Source: a virus (taxonomy: Duplodnaviria > Heunggongvirae > Uroviricota > Caudoviricetes). Taken from it: DNA of 23,220 nucleotides. Position numbers and translations under genes: made by a program. The notes under the pieces are model-generated. The model searched no databases. It had not been told where the DNA came from and saw nothing but the letters and a program-made list of their open reading frames with translations. Below, piece by piece: positions 16,914 through 23,220 of the stretch. How positions within the stretch are numbered: position 1 is the stretch's first letter; each line of letters opens with the position of its first letter. The stretch is from the IMG/VR virus record IMGVR_UViG_2582581315_000004, positions 89,802 to 113,021 of that record; one strand, given 5' to 3'.

Positions 16914-17624
16914 CTATTGCGCTCTGATCAGTTCATCGTCGGGCAGGGGGCGCTGAAGGAGCTTCGCCGTCTCCCATGGCTCCGTTAGCCAGGTCTCGAT
17001 CTCCTCCTCGGTTCTCAGAATGACTGGCATCGCTTTCTCGTGCACGGCCTCGACAACGCTATTGGCCTCAGTGGTGAGAAATCCAAACAGATCGGCTGTC
17101 TCGAGTCCGTTCTTGATCGTCCGAACGCGTGTCCATTGGGGAACCCAGCAGCCGGCGAAAAAGGCTACCTGTCGGCCATCGGCGAATGCAAACCAGGCGT
17201 TGGGAACTCGGCCACCCTCGACCTTGCCTCCGTGATCTGGCTCCGCAAAGCGAGTGAAAGGGACGACGCAACGGTTCTCGACGCCAAACCATTGTTTCCA
17301 GTGAGCCAGGTCGGTGTTTCGGATGTTGGTCAGACCGCGGTCCGGTTCGTTCTTTAGCAACTCGGCGAAATTGACCCCTTCCCCTTTGGCCTTCTTCTTG
17401 TCAGCTCTCTTTTTCGCAGCCTCGCGCTGGATGTGAGGAAAGCCCGGCATCGCCCACTGCACCTTGACCAACTCGCGGCCCGCCGGCGTATTGCGGACGA
17501 TCGGCGCCATATAGTTTGGATAGAGATCGAGCTCGGGCTCAAGGTTGCCGACACTATCGATCAACGCCTTGGTGATCTGCCGGATGGCCTCCTGGTTGGT
17601 CGAGATGTTGTAAAGGTTGCACAT
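16914..17624 (-). CDS. SOS response-associated peptidase (SRAP/HMCES/YedK family)
   Basis: N-terminal M-C(NLY) catalytic Cys2, RCVVPF..FAEP (Glu), FAG.W, FLTTEAN and VH.KAMPVIL (His). Confidence 0.93.
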   Translation of the reverse strand: MCNLYNISTNQEAIRQITKALIDSVGNLEPELDLYPNYMAPIVRNTPAGRELVKVQWAMPGFPHIQREAAKKRADKKKAKGEGVNFAELLKNEPDRGLTNIRNTDLAHWKQWFGVENRCVVPFTRFAEPDHGGKVEGGRVPNAWFAFADGRQVAFFAGCWVPQWTRVRTIKNGLETADLFGFLTTEANSVVEAVHEKAMPVILRTEEEIETWLTEPWETAKLLQRPLPDDELIRAQ

Positions 17625-17630
17625 GCCTCA

Positions 17631-17645
17631 GTACCTTTTTTGCTC
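17631..17645 (-). promoter_or_regulatory. Possible degenerate LexA box at the SRAP ribosome-binding region
   Basis: Minus strand reads GAGC-N7-GTAC, one mismatch from the GAAC-N7-GTAC variant of the alphaproteobacterial SOS box, 7-21 bp upstream of the SRAP ATG. Confidence 0.35.
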
Positions 17646-17666
17646 GCTCCTAAGATGCGGCTTAAA

Positions 17667-18176
17667 CTAACGCTTTTCGTTCCTGAAAATGAAGATGGCT
17701 CGTCCGCGCTTCTCGCAGCGCCGGCACTTTAGCAGCTTCTCGAGGTCATCGGTCTTTGCCTGCGCTCCGTACTTTCGAAGGAGCGCGCGCGTATCGACAT
17801 AATACATCCAGCCACACCGGCATTTGGCGAAGACGATCTCCCACTCCAGGATCCCGCTCAACGTCCTTTCCCCAAGCGGCAGGTAGCCGCGGGGGATCTT
17901 GACCTCAGGTGTCCATTCAATCTTCTGGAATTCCGGCCGTGCCGGCGCCATCTGGCACCGATCCCAGCCCACCTTCGCGAAATTTGGGCACCCAACCGCC
18001 TTTGAGACGATGTCGGGAAGGCTCGGGACGTTGACGTCGCCCAGCACCTTCAACATGGAATCGACGTCATAGTTCTTTTGCTTGCGGCACCTCGAGCACC
18101 AAAAGCAGGCAATTTCACCCTTGTGATGGGATAGCCACTGGATGCGCTCATGCCATTTGGGAAACTCATCGGTCAT
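17667..18176 (-). CDS. Hypothetical protein with two tandem putative Zn-ribbon domains
   Basis: 169 aa: CSRC...GC-x10-C followed by CRC...CRRC. Each half has a Y.VD..(L)L...G segment. Confidence 0.78.
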   Translation of the reverse strand: MTDEFPKWHERIQWLSHHKGEIACFWCSRCRKQKNYDVDSMLKVLGDVNVPSLPDIVSKAVGCPNFAKVGWDRCQMAPARPEFQKIEWTPEVKIPRGYLPLGERTLSGILEWEIVFAKCRCGWMYYVDTRALLRKYGAQAKTDDLEKLLKCRRCEKRGRAIFIFRNEKR

Positions 18177-18711
18177 CTTTTTGGGTCATGTACCAAACCC
18201 AGGTAGGATGCGTTTCGATCCCATCGACGATGAGCTGAAGCGTATTTTCCAAGCTTTCGCTGATATCGTACGAGTTTGGCCCAAGCACCAACCCTGAGAT
18301 CATGATGAGCGTGCAGATCTTTTCTTCGGCCTCATCTAAGGCAAATTGCAGGTCCGCAAAATATGCAGACGGCAACGCGGTATAGACATGCGCGCGCTTG
18401 AAAATGACGTCTGATCGACCCTCCACTTCCTTGGCGAGAATGTACGCGACCTCTTTCGTCGGCAGGTCGAATGGCCCCTCCCACCAAAAAGTAAAAGGTG
18501 GCTCATCGTCCTCTTCTTCATGATCGTAATCATAGGCGCCGATCTGCTCGAGTGTCCCGCGAGCATCCCTGATCATTCTCAGGAATGCGTCGGACTTGCC
18601 GATCGCTCCATCTCCTCGACGCTCATCAAAAACATCTTGGCTCACGAAAGCGACAAGCTCCTTGAGCACCTTCGCATCATGACGCGTGATTGTGTATTCG
18701 CTCGGTTGCAT
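18166..18711 (-). CDS. Acidic hypothetical protein, first gene of the accessory operon
   Basis: 181 aa with GGAG 9 nt upstream of the ATG; overlaps the next gene by 11 bp. Confidence 0.75.
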   Translation of the reverse strand: MQPSEYTITRHDAKVLKELVAFVSQDVFDERRGDGAIGKSDAFLRMIRDARGTLEQIGAYDYDHEEEDDEPPFTFWWEGPFDLPTKEVAYILAKEVEGRSDVIFKRAHVYTALPSAYFADLQFALDEAEEKICTLIMISGLVLGPNSYDISESLENTLQLIVDGIETHPTWVWYMTQKDDR

Positions 18712-18791
18712 GGCGCACGTCTCCAGTCCGCCGATCGACGGCGGTCCTCTTCATCCAATTTTCGGTAAACTATGGCCGGGAAGCCTCGTTT

Positions 18792-18806
18792 GTTCTCAAA
18801 ATGTTC
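18792..18806. promoter_or_regulatory. Alphaproteobacterial LexA (SOS) box GTTC-N7-GTTC
   Basis: GTTCtcaaaatGTTC is an exact match, 81 bp upstream of the operon's first ATG and overlapping the predicted -10. Confidence 0.82.
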
Positions 18807-18827
18807 TCGTTTTGAGAAAGAGTCAAG
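18799..18827 (-). promoter_or_regulatory. Putative sigma70 promoter of the accessory operon
   Basis: Minus strand CTTGAC (18827-18822, the rhizobial -35 consensus), N17, then a weak -10 ACATTT (18804-18799). Confidence 0.6.
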
Positions 18828-20022
18828 AGGCAGCTATGGGCATCGAATTTCTGGAAGGGCGCCGTCTTTGCCCGCTGTTCTTTCTGAGCTTTGCCGAAGA
18901 ATGCTCGATCGGTGGAGCTTCGTCTTTGATTTTCTTCAGCCAATGCCAATCGGCGTACTTGTCCCCGATTTGACGAATGTGGGTGTAGCGTTTCAGGCTC
19001 GTCCAGGAACGATGGCCAGAGACCGTGGCGGCGCGGGGAATACTCCAACCAAGCTCAAAGAGGCGCGAGATGCCGTCATGGCGCAAGTCGTGAAAATGAA
19101 GATCTTCGATCCCCAGTAGTTTGCAGTTGGTGGTGAAGTTTGATGAGATGGTGCCTGGGTTATAGGGGAATATTTCAGGAGCAATCCTCGGCATTGAATC
19201 GATAACTAGGAGAGCTTCGGGGGGGAGGGTGCACCGTACGTCGTTCCCGACCTTTTGTCCTGGATGCTTCATATCCCGAACCAAAATTTCCGAATTTTCG
19301 CGATCCAGATCGTCCCACCTGATCGTGGTGATCTCCTCCTGCCTGCGGGTGGAGAAGATCCCGAACAAAATTATCTTGTGCATCGGCGACGCCTCGAGCG
19401 TGCGGGTGCTTCGCTCGCGGAAGAAGGTAAGGAGGATCTCGAGCTCCGGCAATGTCGGGCGCCTGTCTCGCTCAGCGCTCGTGCTTGTGATCCCTAAGCG
19501 CCTTGTGACTTTCGCGGCGTCTTTGAAGGCTTGCTCATCGAGTTGGTATCCCCACATCGGTCTGGCGATCGCAAAGACCGACCCGAGGTGCGACATATAG
19601 TTGCCGACCGTTTGAGGTTGGCGCCCAACACGCTCCTCGTCGTCATGCTGCCATCCCGCAAAGAGATCCTTGGCAAAGCTGGTTATGTCGGCGCTGGTGA
19701 TGGCTGCGCAGCGCATAGAGCCAAGCTCATGCTTCTTGATCACGTTCAACACCTGCGCCTTCGTCTTGCCGAAGTCCTTCACCGACTCCTTTGTGTATTG
19801 GTCGATCGCTTCCGCGAGTGTCACGTCGGGTTGCTGCAATCGGTCCAAGGCGCCTGGCTCTTCGAGGGCAGCCTCTCTCTTCTTCAGCCACGATTTTGCC
19901 ACCGGCTTACGGTCGAAAGTTTGAGCCTCGGTATGAACGACCTTACCATCTCGCTTTATTCTGATTTGCGCTGTATAAGATTTTGTCCCGTTCTTTCGGG
20001 TTCTCTCTGATATGGTGCCCAT
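18823..20022 (-). CDS. int: Tyrosine integrase, dusA-associated type
   Basis: Catalytic motifs STRRQEE (R), HFHDLRH (H-x-x-R), SGHRSW (H) and LKRYTH (Y); N-terminal arm-binding-like YTAQIRIK. Start reassigned to ATG 20022 (399 aa). Divergent from dusA. Confidence 0.95.
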   Translation of the reverse strand: MGTISERTRKNGTKSYTAQIRIKRDGKVVHTEAQTFDRKPVAKSWLKKREAALEEPGALDRLQQPDVTLAEAIDQYTKESVKDFGKTKAQVLNVIKKHELGSMRCAAITSADITSFAKDLFAGWQHDDEERVGRQPQTVGNYMSHLGSVFAIARPMWGYQLDEQAFKDAAKVTRRLGITSTSAERDRRPTLPELEILLTFFRERSTRTLEASPMHKIILFGIFSTRRQEEITTIRWDDLDRENSEILVRDMKHPGQKVGNDVRCTLPPEALLVIDSMPRIAPEIFPYNPGTISSNFTTNCKLLGIEDLHFHDLRHDGISRLFELGWSIPRAATVSGHRSWTSLKRYTHIRQIGDKYADWHWLKKIKDEAPPIEHSSAKLRKNSGQRRRPSRNSMPIAAS

Positions 20023-20024
20023 CT

Positions 20025-20063
20025 GAGTGCTACAAAACTCCGCTCGAGTGCTACGCCGTAGCA
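20025..20063. repeat. GAGTGCTAC direct repeat (x2, 21-bp period) plus an inverted GTAGCA; putative integrase arm-type sites
   Basis: GAGTGCTAC at 20025 and 20046; TGCTAC-gcc-GTAGCA palindrome at 20049-20063. Confidence 0.65.
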
Positions 20064-20066
20064 ACA

Positions 20067-20095
20067 GGCATATTGGAATGGGCGCTAACGGTCAA
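20067..20095 (-). promoter_or_regulatory. Putative sigma70 promoter of the integrase
   Basis: Minus strand TTGACC (20095-20090), N17, TATGCC (20072-20067), 45 bp upstream of the ATG. Confidence 0.55.
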
Positions 20096-20166
20096 ATTCT
20101 TACGAGAATGTGACGATATAAATGGACTGGGTTCGTGGGTAATTCGTTGTATTCTCGCAAGAATTT
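20094..20166. repeat. 16-bp inverted repeat (15/16 match); each arm is an ATTCT-N4-AGAAT palindrome
   Basis: aaattcttacgagaat (20094-20109) versus attctcgcaagaattt (20151-20166). Confidence 0.8.
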
Positions 20167-21145
20167 ATTTGCCGTTGCACCCATGATCGACTGGACTGAC
20201 CGGCATTGCAGGTATCTGCACCGGCAGATCAGCCGCCATGCGCTGCTCTATACCGAGATGGTGGTGGCCGACGCGATCATTCACGGCCCGCGTGACCGTT
20301 TGCTCGGCCATGATGCGACCGAGCATCCAGTCGTCCTGCAGCTCGGCGGCTCCGATCCGGCCAAGCTTTCCGAGGCGCTGCGGATCGCGGAGCCTTATGG
20401 CTATGACGAGATCAATCTCAATGTCGGCTGCCCGTCCGACCGTGTGCAGTCCGGCACCTTCGGCGCCTGCCTGATGCTGACGCCGGAGACGGTGGCTGCC
20501 TGCATCGCCGCTATGAAGGCGATATCGAAAGCGCCAGTGACAGTGAAATGCCGCATTGGCGTCGATGAGCAGGAGCCGGAAGAGGCGCTGCCGGAGCTGA
20601 TGACGCGCGTGCTCGATGCTGGTGCTGACGCGATCTGGATTCATGCGCGCAAGGCCTGGCTGAAGGGCTTGTCGCCGAAAGAGAACCGCGAGATCCCGCC
20701 GCTGGATTACGATATCGTCTATCGCATGAAACAGCGTTGGCCTGAGGTCTTCATCGGCATCAATGGCGGCATCCAGACGCTGGACCAGGCCGAGGCGCAT
20801 CTCGCCCATGTCGACGGTGTCATGCTCGGCCGCGCCGCCTATCAGAATGCCGCCATTCTGGCAGACGTCGACCACCGTTTCTTTGGCGAACCGGCCGCCG
20901 AGGCTGATTGGAACGACCTGCGTGACCGGATGATGGCCTATGCCGAACGTCATATCGCCGATGGCGGCCGCTTGCATCATGTTGCCCGCCACATGGTCGG
21001 CCTGTTTGCCGGCTTACCGGGCTCGCGCCGCTATCGCCAGATCCTTTCCACCGACGCCAACAAGCCTGGCGCGGGGCCAGAGGTGATCGCGGCGGCTTTC
21101 GCTGCGGTGGATTTTGCGGGTGAGGGTGAGCGGGCGAGTGCTTGA
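20135..21145 (+). CDS. dusA: tRNA-dihydrouridine(20/20a) synthase A
   Basis: FAVAPMIDWTDRHCR, LQLGGSDP, EINLNVGCPS, VTVKCRIG, NGGI and GVMLGRAAY motifs. The start codon is uncertain (GTG 20135 or TTG 20147). Confidence 0.96.
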   Translation: MGNSLYSRKNLFAVAPMIDWTDRHCRYLHRQISRHALLYTEMVVADAIIHGPRDRLLGHDATEHPVVLQLGGSDPAKLSEALRIAEPYGYDEINLNVGCPSDRVQSGTFGACLMLTPETVAACIAAMKAISKAPVTVKCRIGVDEQEPEEALPELMTRVLDAGADAIWIHARKAWLKGLSPKENREIPPLDYDIVYRMKQRWPEVFIGINGGIQTLDQAEAHLAHVDGVMLGRAAYQNAAILADVDHRFFGEPAAEADWNDLRDRMMAYAERHIADGGRLHHVARHMVGLFAGLPGSRRYRQILSTDANKPGAGPEVIAAAFAAVDFAGEGERASA

Positions 21146-21166
21146 GGGGTCGGCGATCCCAATCCG

Positions 21167-21338
21167 CCCTCGTGGTTCGAGGGCCCTTCGGGCCACCTCA
21201 CCATGAGGGCTAATCGACCGCGACCGGGTCTGATCGAAAATCGGCTTTGAACAACGCTGCGAGGCTAACTCCACCCTCATCCTGAGGTGCGGAAGGCCCT
21301 GAGCTTGGCGAAGGGGCTGTAGCCTCGAAGGACGAGGG
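21167..21338. repeat. Two inversely oriented copies of a palindromic intergenic (REP/RIME-like) element
   Basis: Copy 1 (21167-21209, read on minus) is ccctcatGGtgagg...cctcgaaCCacgaggg. Copy 2 (21274-21338) is ccctcatCCtgagg...cctcgaaGGacgaggg, with a nested ccctgagcttggcgaaggg. Confidence 0.8.
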
Positions 21339-21377
21339 TGGCCCCAGCCTGGCGAGAGAAAACCAACCTCACAAACG

Positions 21378-21405
21378 AAAAACGGCGCGGTTTGCACCGC
21401 GCCGT
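21378..21405 (-). terminator. Rho-independent terminator of the cold-shock gene
   Basis: 10-bp stem acggcgcggt-ttgc-accgcgccgt preceded by an A-run on + (U-run on minus). Confidence 0.85.
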
Positions 21406-21435
21406 CCGAAACCTTATCCGGCTGTCACCAAAGGC

Positions 21436-21648
21436 TTAGGAAGCCTGGATGTTGACGGCCTTCGGGCCCTTGCCCATGCGATCCGGCTCGGTGTCGAAAG
21501 TGACCTGCTGGCCTTCGCGCAGCGACTGGATGCCAGAAGCCTGGAGAGCGGAGATATGGACGAAAACGTCCTTTGCGCCGCCGTCAGGAGTGATGAAACC
21601 AAAACCCTTGTCCTGGTTGAAAAATTTTACGGTGCCCTTGGTGGCCAT
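21436..21648 (-). CDS. cspA: Cold-shock protein, CspA family
   Basis: 70 aa: GTVKFFN.DKGFGFI (RNP1) and DVFVHIS (RNP2). The specific paralog name is not resolvable. Confidence 0.95.
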   Translation of the reverse strand: MATKGTVKFFNQDKGFGFITPDGGAKDVFVHISALQASGIQSLREGQQVTFDTEPDRMGKGPKAVNIQAS

Positions 21649-22065
21649 GGGGGATAGTCCTTTACCCATCAGTCTTAGTTTATCCGGACGAAACCGGACG
21701 GCTTTGCCTCCGCGACATGCGAAGGCCAGTCGAGAAGTCACGTACGGGGAAAGAACGTCTGCGCGGGTCGCAAGACCCAACCGTTGCCTGCCGCAAGCGG
21801 ATCACCAAATCAGTCCAGTCACCGGCATGCAAATGCCCGAGCATGCATATGGGTGACAGGGTTTTGGGAAAAAGGCAAGGGGTGTTTTATTTGGCGGCTG
21901 AAATGGGCAAGGAATCAATGGGTTCGAAGGCCTTAGGTGCTTCAGGCTATTCTCGATCGGCGGTTCCTTTAAGTATTATAAGTCAATGCTGACTTGCTTT
22001 TTACCGCTTTCTTGCGCATTGGCGCGAGCTGCTTGGCCGTAGATTCTCGCCAATCGTGTGGCTGC

Positions 22066-23154
22066 TTACGCTCCTCGCGAAGCCTTCTTCTCCTCGCCGT
22101 TCTCCACCAAAGTAAACACCGCGCAAGGCTCGACAATCCCCCGCAATTCATGCTCTCCCAACGGAAGCAGCACCACGCTCGTCTCCGCCGCAACCGCGCC
22201 CGAGATCAGCACGTTGCGACCGAGCGGTTTGCACAGGCCTTCGAGCCGGCTGACGAGATTGACGGCGGGGCCGATGGCGGTGAAATCCAGGCGGTCGGCG
22301 GCGCCGATATTGCCCCAGAGCATGTCGCCGAAATGCAGGGCCGCGCCGAAGGGGAGCGGCGGCAGCCCTTGCGTCAGGCGGGTCGCGTCGAGATGGGCCA
22401 TGCCGGCGCGGATGGCGGCGACGGCGCGCAGCGCCGCTTCGCAGGCCTCGGCCGGCGTTCCGGTAACGGGGAAGATCGCCAGCACGCCATCGCCGATGAA
22501 TTTCAGCACTTCGCCGCCGAAGGCGTGCACGGCGCCGGCGACGCGGTCGAACCAGGCGTCGAGGGCGGCGATCACGACAGTCGGCTCCGTCGCTTCGGAA
22601 AGGGCGGTGAAATCCCTGAGGTCGGCGCAGAGGAGGGCCGCGCGGATGGTCTCGCCGGTGCTGCGGCGCAGCGCGCCGTCCTGCACCCGGGCGGCACTCC
22701 TCCGTCCGAGATAGGCTTCGAGCAGGGCCGATAGCGCCGCGCGTGCAGCAAGGCCTGCAAGAGGGGCCGCGGCAAAGCGCGCAACCTGGCGCAGGCGGTC
22801 GACCTCGGTGGGATCGAACGGCCGTGTACCGGCCCAGCCCAGCACAGGGCTGTCCGGCACGGTACCGATGGTCTCCTCGCATATCGGGCCGAGCCCGCCA
22901 AGCCAATCATGTCCGGCCTGGCCAAGGGAAGTGCCGGCAAAGCCCAGGGCCTCGATCACGGCACCGGTCTCGGCCTGCCACAGCCAGGTGCGTTGCGTGA
23001 CGATCGGATGCGGGACGGCGAGCGTCAGGGCACCGCCGGCAAGCGGCAGGCCGGCCGACAGCAGTTGACCGCCCAGATCGGCCAGGAAGCGTTCGGGGCT
23101 GGGCGATGTGCCGGCTTCGTCGACCAGCCAGGCAAGGGGGGCGGGCAAATCCAT
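22066..23154 (-). CDS. Class III adenylate/guanylate cyclase domain protein
   Basis: ADLRDFT, VLKFIGDG and DFTAIGPAVNLVSRLE motifs; the Lys/Asp specificity residues suggest ATP. The start at ATG 23154 is tentative. Confidence 0.9.
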   Translation of the reverse strand: MDLPAPLAWLVDEAGTSPSPERFLADLGGQLLSAGLPLAGGALTLAVPHPIVTQRTWLWQAETGAVIEALGFAGTSLGQAGHDWLGGLGPICEETIGTVPDSPVLGWAGTRPFDPTEVDRLRQVARFAAAPLAGLAARAALSALLEAYLGRRSAARVQDGALRRSTGETIRAALLCADLRDFTALSEATEPTVVIAALDAWFDRVAGAVHAFGGEVLKFIGDGVLAIFPVTGTPAEACEAALRAVAAIRAGMAHLDATRLTQGLPPLPFGAALHFGDMLWGNIGAADRLDFTAIGPAVNLVSRLEGLCKPLGRNVLISGAVAAETSVVLLPLGEHELRGIVEPCAVFTLVENGEEKKASRGA

Positions 23155-23220
23155 GCCGCGATCATGCCACGGCGGTTCCAGGCTGTCATCCGCCTCGCTG
23201 CAACCGCGATTGCGTGGCAC

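Larger units (their letters stand above)
1..20215. mobile_element. Prophage (siphovirus-like), right end, integrated in the 5' end of dusA; left end outside the window
   Basis: Contiguous tail, tailspike, lysis and integrase genes. The integrase is divergent from dusA and GC rises sharply inside the first codons of dusA. The right boundary is approximate (about 20171-20220). Confidence 0.93.

Noticed and set aside
19990-20003. GTTC-N6-GTTC inside the integrase 5' coding region
   Set aside because: The spacer is 6, not the 7 required for the alphaproteobacterial LexA box, and it lies in coding sequence.
21975-21995. Minus-strand TTGACT directly adjacent to TATAAT, plus an AAGTCA-N4-TGACTT palindrome
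   Set aside because: No spacer between the hexamers, so not a promoter as arranged; the 6-bp palindrome matches no operator I can name and may be chance.
23155-23220. Possible 3' end of an upstream gene or N-terminal extension of the cyclase
   Set aside because: Too little sequence at the window edge to decide.

Overview
Bases 1 to about 20.2 kb are the right-hand part of a lambda-like (siphovirus-type) prophage in an alphaproteobacterial, Rhizobiaceae-like host; the host assignment is inferred from gene style and motifs. The prophage is inserted at the 5' end of dusA. Its order is: tape measure C-terminus, tail-tip genes, a J-like hub, three small paralogous tail genes, a beta-helix tailspike, an antisense two-domain glycosyltransferase moron, a lysis cassette (holin-like, SAR-type lysozyme, Rz/Rz1-like spanins, two extra membrane proteins), a terminator, a five-gene minus-strand accessory operon centred on a SRAP protein, and a tyrosine integrase divergent from dusA. 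Host DNA follows: dusA, paired palindromic repeats, a cold-shock gene and a class III cyclase. Two candidates stand out. (1) The accessory operon has a perfect alphaproteobacterial LexA box (GTTC-N7-GTTC) over its predicted -10 and surrounds SRAP with putative Zn-binding proteins of unknown function. (2) The tailspike gene and a convergent 804-aa glycosyltransferase gene overlap by 44 bp, suggesting a receptor-degrading plus receptor-modifying pair. All product calls come from motif recognition by eye; no searches were run.
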